A model generated the notes under the pieces. That model was not told the DNA's origin. It did no database searches and saw nothing but the letters and a program-made list of their open reading frames with translations. DNA of 29,528 nt from an uncultured Chthoniobacteraceae bacterium (GTDB lineage Bacteria > Verrucomicrobiota > Verrucomicrobiia > Chthoniobacterales > CAKUMP01), in NCBI GenBank assembly GCA_964535055.1, contig CAZHRP010000008.1, positions 1 through 29,528 of the forward strand, written 5' to 3'. Shown here piece by piece: positions 8,826 to 17,616 of the stretch (positions are counted from its first letter, which is position 1; every line of letters starts with the position of its first letter). Both the position numbers and the translations under genes were made by a program.

Positions 8826-9284
8826 TTAACGGAAACCGTATACCATCGCCCAATGTGCCCCGTCGTCGGATGCTTTAGTGACTGTTACCAGCAGGTAATA
8901 GGTTCCGGTAGCTTTGGGAATAATTCTGGTTGCCGCAAATCGGCTTTTCTGCCAGCTCTCGACCTCTACCAGCTCACCTTTGGAGTCATAAGCATGCACA
9001 GAGACCTCTGCGCCGTCCTGGTCGGTCGCCAGCCAAAACCAATACTCGTTACCTTTAAAAAGTTGCTGGGCAATCCCCTTTTCTTCACCCTGACCAAGGT
9101 CACCAGCCCAGGCCTCCTCACGCACCAGAAATCCCTCTGCCACATACGGCGCTGCCGCCTCATAGGCGAATGACAGCGCGTCATCAACAGTAGCGCCAAC
9201 AGGTACAGAGTGACCTGCCATAACCAGCAATGCCAGCAGTAGGGTCTTTATTGTTTTGCGATAATTGATAGCGGGGGCGATCAC
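8826..9284 (-). CDS. Secreted hypothetical protein (beta-rich, possibly PPC-like domain)
   Basis: N-terminal signal-like segment (KTIKTLLLALLVMAGHSVPVGA) and alternating beta-strand patterns (EYWFWLA, VSVHAYD, GTYYLLVTV); tight spacing to neighbours (4 and 30 nt). Confidence 0.7.
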   Translation of the reverse strand: MIAPAINYRKTIKTLLLALLVMAGHSVPVGATVDDALSFAYEAAAPYVAEGFLVREEAWAGDLGQGEEKGIAQQLFKGNEYWFWLATDQDGAEVSVHAYDSKGELVEVESWQKSRFAATRIIPKATGTYYLLVTVTKASDDGAHWAMVYGFR

Positions 9285-9288
9285 TGTA

Positions 9289-10131
9289 TTATGCCTCGGG
9301 GGCCTGGATACTATCGACCATACTGGTCGTCATCACATTAATTTGTTTCACAGAATCCGCATTAATATTGCGGCCATCTCCGACATCAATCAGCGGCCGT
9401 ATCTTGGCCAACTGTGAACTGATTTGGGTCAATAGCTCACTGCCTTTGCGGTCGGGTGACATAGCATTAATCCGTCGCGCAAAATAGTCCAGCAGTGCCG
9501 GCTGATGCAGCAACTCTGCAGTCTCCGGCCGGTAGTCATCACCCACCACCGTTGTCAAAGCCTGGGTGCCTCGCAGCCAGCCACCAAGACTTACCAGCTG
9601 CGCCAGCTCCTCATCATTCAGTTCGACCATTGCCTGTTTGACATCCTGCATGGCACCATCCAATTCGCGCTTGGCCTTGATCCAATTCTTTTCTTCCGCC
9701 GCCTCCATGATCCTGCTGCTGCGCGAGATTACCGCGTCCCGTACTCCGATCGCTCCCGACAGTTTGAGTACCTCGCGCCCTACCTCTTTGACTTTTTCCG
9801 AATTTCCGGCCTGCACCGCAATAAAGCCGTCAGCTATGATGCCACCGAGACGCAGCGCAATCCGGTCACGCTCTTGTCCCACCCCGGGAAATTCCTTGGG
9901 CAGCAAGCCGTTCCAATCAGGCGAGCCCAACTTATCAAGCACAGCAAAGATTTCACTCGGCACCGGGATGATGACATCCTCATGCACAGCTGCCGGGAAC
10001 TTGCTGACATCAATAGTGCTACGCGGCGCAGCCACCGCAGATGAATTCCAAAAGATCGCGGTTAAACACAATATTGGTAGCCACCGCAACGACTGACAGT
10101 AGCGTGTCCGCTGGTGAATTACTAATTTCAT
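9289..10131 (-). CDS. Secreted alpha-helical hypothetical protein
   Basis: Signal peptide ending AVA-A; 280-aa ORF with IPVPSE, ALRLG..ADG and LGGWLRG segments; co-oriented in an operon. Confidence 0.75.
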   Translation of the reverse strand: MKLVIHQRTRYCQSLRWLPILCLTAIFWNSSAVAAPRSTIDVSKFPAAVHEDVIIPVPSEIFAVLDKLGSPDWNGLLPKEFPGVGQERDRIALRLGGIIADGFIAVQAGNSEKVKEVGREVLKLSGAIGVRDAVISRSSRIMEAAEEKNWIKAKRELDGAMQDVKQAMVELNDEELAQLVSLGGWLRGTQALTTVVGDDYRPETAELLHQPALLDYFARRINAMSPDRKGSELLTQISSQLAKIRPLIDVGDGRNINADSVKQINVMTTSMVDSIQAPEA

Positions 10132-10178
10132 TATATACCAGAATATAACCGCCTACAGCCAGGCAGCAATCGATATCA

Positions 10179-10412
10179 TTAAATGTCGTTTTCGGGAAAA
10201 AACGTCTTGGGCTCTGCCGCTTTGGCCCGCTCGGGCTCACTCTGCTTGTCCTGCTTGAGCATTTCCTTGTAATGCGCCTTCTGCTCGTACTTTTTCTTTT
10301 TAGGCAGATGATGGCTGAAGAAATACATCGAATTGCTGGCGTCATGACGGTAGCAGGAACTGCCACAGACCACACCAGCCAGGATTAATACACTCAGAAA
10401 TACCTTCGTCAT
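10179..10412 (-). CDS. Small putative lipoprotein
   Basis: MTK, hydrophobic stretch, then lipobox-like GSS-C; fills the gap between co-oriented genes. Confidence 0.55.
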   Translation of the reverse strand: MTKVFLSVLILAGVVCGSSCYRHDASNSMYFFSHHLPKKKKYEQKAHYKEMLKQDKQSEPERAKAAEPKTFFPENDI

Positions 10413-10499
10413 TGCGAGTACGTGTAATTGAGTTCGACGCCCTGCGCAAGCCCGGAATACTTCGATTCAGGCCGCTCGATTGAGCATACGGGATACCGG

Positions 10500-11573
10500 T
10501 TATTGAGGGAATTTTAGACCAGCCAGGCCGACGGCTGTCTGAGTTGCCGTTAATCTGGCCGGCTTCATTGGGATTTCCAGTGGGCGGCAGACAATAATAC
10601 CGGCGCGGTGGCTGCGCTCGTAGAGGTAATCCTTGAGCCGGCGATCAAGGATGACCTTACGACCTTTGTCGCGCTCGGAGGTGGCGTGCATAAAACGCAG
10701 CACACCTTTGCTGTCCCGGTAAGCCAGCCCAACATGCGAGGTGTAGCTGCCATGCCAGGTGGATGAAATGGCAATAATGTCGCCGGTTTTGAGTTGCGGC
10801 TCGATCGCTGCCACCCGCGACTTGGGGATATGGTAGACCGGCAGGGCACTGACCTGATTTTCAATTCGTGCCATCCGTGGTCGCAACTCCGGGTTCTTTT
10901 TCAAATAGCGGTAACTTTTCCAGGCTACGCTCATCTCGCGGATCTGACGCTGGATGCGGACCCCGCCCAATGCCCGCGTCGGGTTGGTGGCCAGCCCGCG
11001 CTTTTCATTGTCGTAGAAGACTTCCTCGAGGAAGTGCATCCTCGACAGGTAGTCACCATCGCAGCGCCCGTTGCGATAGCGCTCGACCTCGATCATGTGT
11101 AATAAATCCTCAGGCTGATAGCCACCATCCTTCACCCGCAGCATTCGCGCAAAGCCCAGTGCAATCTCATAGAATGTCCAGCAATCCAAGCCATTCATAT
11201 TCACCGAAGGAGCCTCGATGTGGTCATCGATTTCCAGGGTATAATTGACATAGGGTGTACCCAGCAATGCCTTGCCGACAGTTGCCGTGCGAGTACCGAG
11301 CGGCAGCTTGCGCCAGTTTTCGCGTTCCGCTCGTGCGACCAATTGCTGGAACTTACTCTCGCCCTTAAAGACTGTCGACTTGGGTAGCCGTAGCGGACTA
11401 GCCGGAGGAATCGCTGGCACTAGCTTGGTTGTAGCAGTCCTTCCCTCGCCCGTGGCTGTGACTGCCGACGCACCAGACTCTTCTGAGTTGCCAGTGGTAC
11501 ATCCGGACAACAACAGAATTGGTAGGATCATTCCTACTACACTAAAATTTCCCAATCGTATTTGCATTCGCAC
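10500..11573 (-). CDS. DUF1460 (NlpC/P60-fold) N-acetylmuramoyl-L-alanine amidase-like lipoprotein
   Basis: Lipobox LLSG-C, LLGTPYV, GLDCWTF (catalytic Cys), RYRNG, SRMHF, SHVG and FMHATS (His residues of the Cys-His-His triad). Confidence 0.85.
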   Translation of the reverse strand: MRMQIRLGNFSVVGMILPILLLSGCTTGNSEESGASAVTATGEGRTATTKLVPAIPPASPLRLPKSTVFKGESKFQQLVARAERENWRKLPLGTRTATVGKALLGTPYVNYTLEIDDHIEAPSVNMNGLDCWTFYEIALGFARMLRVKDGGYQPEDLLHMIEVERYRNGRCDGDYLSRMHFLEEVFYDNEKRGLATNPTRALGGVRIQRQIREMSVAWKSYRYLKKNPELRPRMARIENQVSALPVYHIPKSRVAAIEPQLKTGDIIAISSTWHGSYTSHVGLAYRDSKGVLRFMHATSERDKGRKVILDRRLKDYLYERSHRAGIIVCRPLEIPMKPARLTATQTAVGLAGLKFPQ

Positions 11574-11597
11574 AAAGTCCTTGATTCCAGCCGAAAA

Positions 11598-12818
11598 TCA
11601 AGTCGATGACGTGCTTTGTGGCTCGCGGATCGCCGGCAAGGTCGCCACTACCAGCAATGCCAGCACCACAACGGCCGCGCTCGAATACAATGCCCACGAG
11701 GCATAGCCGGTGCCCGCGGTTGCACCAACGCTCAATAACCAGCCGGCCAGCAGCGGCCCGACCGTGCGCCCAAGGCTACCACCTGACTGCAGGAAACCCA
11801 GCGCCCGACCCTGCCAGGCAGCGTCGACCGTCCGCGATGCCATCCCGTTGAGCACCGGGGTAATCAGGCTATTGCCAATCGCAATCCCGGCACTGGCCAA
11901 TAGCAACGTTGTTAAGTTCGCCGTTGCCGGCAACCACGCAGTGGAGGCCGCCAGAATCAGGCAACCAATCAGTACGATGACTTTTTCGCCCCTGCCACGT
12001 TGTAATAACCGGCGCAAGACCCCACCTTGCATGATGACACCTATCACACCGATGTAAGCAAACAGGTAGCCCGCACTCTGCGCGTCATAATCGTAGACAT
12101 GTTTCAGGAATAGTGCCCAGACCGTGGTCATGACCGAAAACCCGCAGATCGCCAAAAAATAACTGAGCACGACCCGTACATACACCCCACCCTGGACATG
12201 CTTTAACAGCTCACTCAGTGGTTTGTTTGCAGCAGCCGAGTTGCGCGTCTCATGATGCAAGCTTTCCGGCAAGCGCAACCAGATCAGTAACGCATTGATC
12301 AGGGCCAAAACTCCAGCCGTAAAAAATGGGGCAGCCGGATCTATGCCAGCCATAAATCCTCCAATCGCCGGCCCAAACACAAACCCCGCACCAATCGCCG
12401 CGCCAATCATACCCATCGATTTCGAGCGTTCTTCCGGTGAGGTGATATCCGCCATGTACGCCTGGGCAGTCCCGATATCTGCGCCGGAGATACCATCGAT
12501 CAGGCGCCCGAGAAACAGCATCCACAGAGCTACCGCCCAACCCATGATAAAGAAGCCCACGGCCGCACCCAACACGCTTACCAGTAGCACCGGCCGTCGT
12601 CCAAAGCGGTCCGACAGGCGCCCGATCACTGGCGCAAAGAAAAACTGGCAGGCCGAAAACGTTGCAACCAACAAGCCAATTTCTAACCCGCTGGCCCCAT
12701 AGCGTTCGGCATACAGCGGCAACACCGGAATCACAATGCCAAAGCCAACCATACTGATGAACACGGTCAGCAGGATAATTCCCATGCTGCCTGTAGATTT
12801 ACTGTTGCTTGCGGCCAT
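11598..12818 (-). CDS. MFS transporter, TetA/DHA1-like
   Basis: About 12 TM segments, motif A GRLSDRFGRR, GRLIDGISGA and GFVFGPAIGG. Start placed at ATG 12818 (12785 also possible). Confidence 0.9.
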   Translation of the reverse strand: MAASNSKSTGSMGIILLTVFISMVGFGIVIPVLPLYAERYGASGLEIGLLVATFSACQFFFAPVIGRLSDRFGRRPVLLVSVLGAAVGFFIMGWAVALWMLFLGRLIDGISGADIGTAQAYMADITSPEERSKSMGMIGAAIGAGFVFGPAIGGFMAGIDPAAPFFTAGVLALINALLIWLRLPESLHHETRNSAAANKPLSELLKHVQGGVYVRVVLSYFLAICGFSVMTTVWALFLKHVYDYDAQSAGYLFAYIGVIGVIMQGGVLRRLLQRGRGEKVIVLIGCLILAASTAWLPATANLTTLLLASAGIAIGNSLITPVLNGMASRTVDAAWQGRALGFLQSGGSLGRTVGPLLAGWLLSVGATAGTGYASWALYSSAAVVVLALLVVATLPAIREPQSTSST

Positions 12819-12920
12819 TAGAAAAGCTGAACTCAAGAGTGCCTTGTGCCACTCGTCAAGCAATGATTACATAATCAAAACCTTATCCTACTCCTCGCCA
12901 GCCCGAAATCCACATATATC

Positions 12921-13193
12921 ATGCAAGCAACACAAGTATATTTTGAAGGTCGCGTCCAGGGCGTAGGCTTTCGCTACACGGTCAGACGTGAATCTACCGG
13001 ATTTGATCTAAGCGGCTGGGTACGCAATCTGCCGGATGGCAGAGTCGAGTTAGTAGCTTGTGGCGATGCCCCTGAAATTAATGATTTTGTTGCCGCAATA
13101 ATGGCCGGCGAAATGGCCGGAAACATTACCAGCCATGAGCGGCAGGAGATCGAAATCGACGATATACCACGTGGCTTTGAAATCCGCCACTAA
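12921..13193 (+). CDS. acyP: Acylphosphatase
   Basis: GRVQGVGFRY and GWVRNLPDGRVE signature motifs; 90 aa. Confidence 0.93.
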   Translation: MQATQVYFEGRVQGVGFRYTVRRESTGFDLSGWVRNLPDGRVELVACGDAPEINDFVAAIMAGEMAGNITSHERQEIEIDDIPRGFEIRH

Positions 13194-13240
13194 CACCCGG
13201 CAGATTGCAATCGGCGGCGACATACGATAATTTTTAATCT

Positions 13241-14149
13241 ATGGCAGATCCTGCAGTCACGGTAGAAAACCTGACCAAAGTTTTCCCAATCCCGTTTAAA
13301 CGGCGACAACTGGTCGCGGTCAAGGACTTGTCGATCACGGTCGACGAGGGGCAGGTCTACGGTTTGCTCGGACCAAATGGCTCCGGCAAAAGCACCACCT
13401 TGAAAGCGGTGCTAGGCTTGCTAACCCCAAGCGCCGGGCGCACCACTATCTTTGGAATCGACAGCCGCGAGGTGCGTAGTCGTGACCAGGTAGGCTTCCT
13501 GCCCGAAAATCCATATTTCTACAAATACCTCAGCGGTGAAGAAACACTTTTGTTCTTTGGTAAAATCTGTGGACTAAAAGGCTCCGCATTGAAAAAAAGA
13601 GCCCACGAACTGCTGGAATTGGTCAGCTTGCAAAATGCCGCTGAGCGTCGCCTGGGTGGCTATTCCAAAGGCATGCTGCAGCGCATCGGCCTGGCTCAGG
13701 CTCTGATCCAGCAGCCACGCCTGGTCGTCCTCGACGAGCCGACTGCCGGTGTCGATCCGGTTGGTTCCCGCGAAATCCGTGACCTGATCCTGCGCCTGAA
13801 GCAGGATGGTATCACCGTCCTGCTATGCTCCCATTTACTGGGTCAGGTTCAGGAAATCTGCGACCGGGTTGGCATCCTCTCGCGTGGTCAGCTGGTGCGG
13901 GAAGGGCCACTCAATGATTTGATTTCCATCGAGCACCAGGCCGAAATAGTCGTCGAACACGCCACCCCACGGGTACTCGAGGCAATCAAACAAACAGCCA
14001 GTGAGGGTGGAGCCAAAATTATCGAAACCAGAAATTCCAAGACAACCCTCGAGCGCCTGTTCCTGGATGCTACCGGCGCTTCGATACCTGCCGACAACAA
14101 AACCACGCCCCCGGCCAGCGACACCAAGTCTACTCCCAGCCATGACTGA
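13241..14149 (+). CDS. ABC transporter ATP-binding protein (PilH-like subfamily)
   Basis: Walker A GPNGSGKST, GFLPENPYFY, variant signature YSKGM, Walker B VVLDEP and H-loop SH. Confidence 0.92.
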   Translation: MADPAVTVENLTKVFPIPFKRRQLVAVKDLSITVDEGQVYGLLGPNGSGKSTTLKAVLGLLTPSAGRTTIFGIDSREVRSRDQVGFLPENPYFYKYLSGEETLLFFGKICGLKGSALKKRAHELLELVSLQNAAERRLGGYSKGMLQRIGLAQALIQQPRLVVLDEPTAGVDPVGSREIRDLILRLKQDGITVLLCSHLLGQVQEICDRVGILSRGQLVREGPLNDLISIEHQAEIVVEHATPRVLEAIKQTASEGGAKIIETRNSKTTLERLFLDATGASIPADNKTTPPASDTKSTPSHD

Positions 14150-15056
14150 GCAAAAGAATCACAGCCAGCCAGAAGTTCATAGGCATCGCAGTTTCAGCCT
14201 GCACCGGGCCACCGCAATCGCCCACAACACCTTGACGGAATTAATCCGGCTGAAAGTTTTTTATTTCCTGATAATCTTTGCCTTATTGGTAATCGGAAAC
14301 TCAGCTTTCATGCTGCGCTTTTCCTTCCAGGAAGAATTTCAGGTACTCAAGGATGTTGCCTTCGGTGCAATGTCGATTTTTTCGTCGATTCTGGCAATAG
14401 TCGCCACCGCTTATCTGATCCCTAATGATATCGAGGACCGCACGCTTTACACGATTCTCGCCAAACCGGTCCCGCGGATCGAATACCTGCTGGGCAAGTT
14501 GCTGGGTACTCTGACATTACTGGCAATAGCCATCGCCTTCATGTTCATGGTATTCCTGATTGTATTATTCATTCGCGAGCAGGTAGTCCTAGCCGAGCTG
14601 CAACAGGAGTTGGCAGGGGCACCTGCAGAAGTCATCGAAGCTGAAAAGCAAAAAGTACATGCTGCAGCATTCAATTGGAACCTCATTCCGGGTGCCGTCA
14701 TCGTGTACTTGAAAGCAGCAATTCTTGCTTCATTAACGCTACTCTTGTCGACCTTCGCCAGCAGTGGCTTATTCACGGTTATTATTTCGGTAGTGGTTTA
14801 TTTTGTGGGCCATTTGCAAGCAACAGCCCGTGAATACTGGCTCAGTGGTGCCGGTGAATCATTTTTTACAACTATTATGCTCGCTTTGATCTCACTGGTC
14901 TTTCCGGATCTGCAGTTATTTAATCTGGTCGACGACATCGTTGCCGGCAACCAACTCGAACTCATGCTGATGCTGCGCACGCTCGGCCTGGGGGTCATGT
15001 ATGTGGTGATTTACTTCCTGCTCGGCTACTATCTGTTCTCGCGAAAGGAGCTGTAA
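14142..15056 (+). CDS. ABC-2-type permease (PilI-like)
   Basis: AIAHNTLTELIR, DIEDRTLYTILAKPVPRIEYLLGK and about 6 TM segments. ATG at 14142 overlaps the ATPase stop by 8 nt. Confidence 0.88.
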   Translation: MTEQKNHSQPEVHRHRSFSLHRATAIAHNTLTELIRLKVFYFLIIFALLVIGNSAFMLRFSFQEEFQVLKDVAFGAMSIFSSILAIVATAYLIPNDIEDRTLYTILAKPVPRIEYLLGKLLGTLTLLAIAIAFMFMVFLIVLFIREQVVLAELQQELAGAPAEVIEAEKQKVHAAAFNWNLIPGAVIVYLKAAILASLTLLLSTFASSGLFTVIISVVVYFVGHLQATAREYWLSGAGESFFTTIMLALISLVFPDLQLFNLVDDIVAGNQLELMLMLRTLGLGVMYVVIYFLLGYYLFSRKEL

Positions 15057-15829
15057 TGAACACTCGTGTGTGGCTGCCAGTTGCTTTGGTATTATTAACG
15101 TTTGGGGCCCTGCGAGTACCTTTCGAAGAAGATCTCACCCGCGCCTACCAGGCAGCACACTTTCAGGGTGCTACCCTGGACCTCGAATTGCGCGAACGCA
15201 TCGGACAAAATTCCTTCATCGCAGCATTGAGTGGATTCCGCTCACTGGTCGCCGACTTTCTTTACATAGAAGCACATACCCAATGGGAACAAACCCAGTG
15301 GGGACAGATGGCTTACCTCTTCGAAAATATAACAACCCTGCAGCCACGAAATCTGCTTTTCTGGGACATGGCGGCCTGGCACATGGCATGGAATGCCAGC
15401 GTCGCCGCATACGATGACCCCAATGAACCAAGAGCAGCTGTCCGCCAGCGCAACCAACGGGCCTACTTCGATCTGGGCCGGAAGTTTTTACAACGTGGAA
15501 TTAAGAATAATCCGGATCGCTATCTGCTATACGAAAGAATGGCAATCCTGCTGCGCGACAAGTACGAGGATTATGCTGAAGCCGCCGATTACTTTCTGCG
15601 GGCATCAGAATTTGAGCATGCACCGGGATATTTACAAAGGTTTGCCGCCTACTCGCTGGCGAAATGCCCTGACCGCCGCCACGAAAGCTACCAGCTATTG
15701 CGCCGGTTGTGGCTCGAGTTCCCGGATGAACGCAAACCTACAATGCACACGTTATTGCGTGAGTTGCAGCAGGAATTAGATATTCCGGAACAACAAAGGA
15801 TTGCCATTCCCGATTCAAATAGGCAATAG
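15056..15829 (+). CDS. Membrane-anchored helical-repeat protein (PilG-like)
   Basis: Single N-terminal TM, then GFRSLVADFLY, ITTLQP..LLFW and TPR-like helices (FLQRGIKNNPD, AADYFLRA); TAATG coupling to the permease. Confidence 0.72.
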   Translation: MNTRVWLPVALVLLTFGALRVPFEEDLTRAYQAAHFQGATLDLELRERIGQNSFIAALSGFRSLVADFLYIEAHTQWEQTQWGQMAYLFENITTLQPRNLLFWDMAAWHMAWNASVAAYDDPNEPRAAVRQRNQRAYFDLGRKFLQRGIKNNPDRYLLYERMAILLRDKYEDYAEAADYFLRASEFEHAPGYLQRFAAYSLAKCPDRRHESYQLLRRLWLEFPDERKPTMHTLLRELQQELDIPEQQRIAIPDSNRQ

Positions 15830-15838
15830 TCTAGCTCC

Positions 15839-16561
15839 ATGTTATTTGCCATATTTGGGGATATCCATGCTAATCTGGAAGCGCTCGAAGCTGTACTCGA
15901 GGATGCCGAAAATGCCGGCGCTACGCACTATGTCTGCCTCGGTGATCTGGTAGGGTATAATGCCAACCCCCAGGAATGCGTCCGTAAAGTTCAGGAACTC
16001 GATTGTCCGGTCGTCAAAGGCAACCACGATGAGCAAGCTATCATGACCGACGACCTGAGTTCTTTTAACCCGCTTGCAGAAAAAGCACTGTCCTGGACCA
16101 GATCCAGCCTCTCGGAAAGCGATAAAAGCTGGCTCAAAGACTTGCGCATGGTGCGCCAGGTGCGCGATTTCACTATTGTCCACGCCACTCTCGATACGCC
16201 GCACCGCTGGGGCTACGTTTTTAATCAGTTGGACGCATCCGCCAGCTTTTCCTACCAACATACCAACGTCTGCTTTTTCGGGCATACCCATGTCCCACGC
16301 CTGTACATTCGTGAGACTTCAGTACTCAGCCTGCCCCTGGACAGGTTGCAAATCGAAACCGGTAAAAAATATTTCATCAATGTCGGCAGTGTCGGCCAAC
16401 CGCGTGATGGTGACTGGCGGGCTTCGTATGTCCTGTTCGAACCCAACAAAGGACAGATCGATTTGCGTCGGCTACCCTACGACATCGGCACCGCCCAAAA
16501 GAAAATCCTGGATGCCGGATTGCCCGAACGACTGGCTGACCGCTTGGCGGTCGGAAAGTAA
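15839..16561 (+). CDS. Calcineurin-like metallophosphoesterase
   Basis: All five motifs are present: GDIHAN, LGDLVGY, GNHD, VHAT and GHTH, plus INVGSVGQPRDGD. Confidence 0.92.
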   Translation: MLFAIFGDIHANLEALEAVLEDAENAGATHYVCLGDLVGYNANPQECVRKVQELDCPVVKGNHDEQAIMTDDLSSFNPLAEKALSWTRSSLSESDKSWLKDLRMVRQVRDFTIVHATLDTPHRWGYVFNQLDASASFSYQHTNVCFFGHTHVPRLYIRETSVLSLPLDRLQIETGKKYFINVGSVGQPRDGDWRASYVLFEPNKGQIDLRRLPYDIGTAQKKILDAGLPERLADRLAVGK

Positions 16562-16566
16562 TCAAG

Positions 16567-17589
16567 TTGGCGCATATGCCGAGCGCTGGTCAGGATAGCC
16601 TGCAACCTGAGCAGATTCTGGTGCTCAAGCCCAGTAGCATGGGTGATGTCATCCATGCCTTGCCGGCGGTAGCAATGCTGAAAGTCCGCTGGCCCGACTC
16701 CCACCTGAGCTGGTTGGTCAACCCGGAATGGGCACCCTTGCTCGAGGACAACCAGCATATTGACCGGATCATCGAATTTCCCCGTAGCCAGTTCCGGGGC
16801 ATTGCCGGGCTATGGCGATTCCCGGGCTGGCTGAACAACAATCGCAGCAACTTACAAGCTGACTTGGTGGTGGATTATCAGGGGCTGCTGCGCACCGCAT
16901 TGATCGGGCGCGCCGCCAATCCCGGGATATTTGCCGGCTTGGATGATGCCCGCGAAGGGGCACGTTGGTTTTACAACCGGGTAGTGGAAACAACTCCCAA
17001 CCAACACTCGGTGGAACGCTATCTGTCATTAAGCAGCAACCTATGCAACCAATCACTGCCGACACAGCCTGAGTTCCAATTACCGGATGGCAATCCGCCA
17101 GCAGGATTTGATTTGCAAGAATTCCTCATCGTCCACCCGTTTTCCCGCGGTCAAGGCAAAAGCCTACAACCACACCAGCTAGATTTATTACTCACCGCCT
17201 TATCAGAAAAACTACCAACCGTAATTGTCGGCCGCTGTGCCTCTGACACCGGCTTGTCACAGCATCAGGGGGTTACCAATTTGCTCAATGCTACCTCACT
17301 GCAGGAATCAATCTGGTTGATGCGACATGCCAGAGCAGTCATCAGTGTCGACAGCGGCCCGATGCACATCGCTGCTGCCGTCAACCCGAATACCCTCGGC
17401 ATCCATACCTGGAGTGACCCGGCCAAAGTCGGCCCATACAGCACCACCGCACAGGTCTGGAAAGAGGGACAAATTTTGCCGTCATGGAACTTCAGCGACA
17501 ACAGAAGCCCTCATGCCCGACAACTGGATGGTACCGCGATCGATCAAATCGCACAAGCCGCTCTAAATCTGGCAGGCAAAAATTCTTGA
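16567..17589 (+). CDS. Glycosyltransferase family 9 (LPS heptosyltransferase-like)
   Basis: ILVLKPSSMGDVIHALP, DYQGLLRT and SVDSGPMHIAAAV. Start is TTG 16567 or ATG 16576. Confidence 0.88.
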   Translation: MAHMPSAGQDSLQPEQILVLKPSSMGDVIHALPAVAMLKVRWPDSHLSWLVNPEWAPLLEDNQHIDRIIEFPRSQFRGIAGLWRFPGWLNNNRSNLQADLVVDYQGLLRTALIGRAANPGIFAGLDDAREGARWFYNRVVETTPNQHSVERYLSLSSNLCNQSLPTQPEFQLPDGNPPAGFDLQEFLIVHPFSRGQGKSLQPHQLDLLLTALSEKLPTVIVGRCASDTGLSQHQGVTNLLNATSLQESIWLMRHARAVISVDSGPMHIAAAVNPNTLGIHTWSDPAKVGPYSTTAQVWKEGQILPSWNFSDNRSPHARQLDGTAIDQIAQAALNLAGKNS

Positions 17590-17616
17590 GGTAGCATCAG
17601 CCGAAAGAAATTCGAT

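Noticed and set aside
10131-10148. TTATAT-N6-ATATAA inverted repeat
   Set aside because: AT-only arms overlapping a start codon; low information content.
12819-12863. TTG-initiated extension of the MFS ORF
   Set aside because: The added residues look non-coding and would consume the divergent promoter region.
13203-13212. 10-bp perfect palindrome GATTGCAATC between acyP and the ABC ATPase
   Set aside because: Too short, no U-tract, and no second copy noticed; compatible with chance.
14001-14141. N-terminal extension of the permease ORF
   Set aside because: Overlaps the ATPase gene by about 150 nt; ATG 14142 gives normal coupling.
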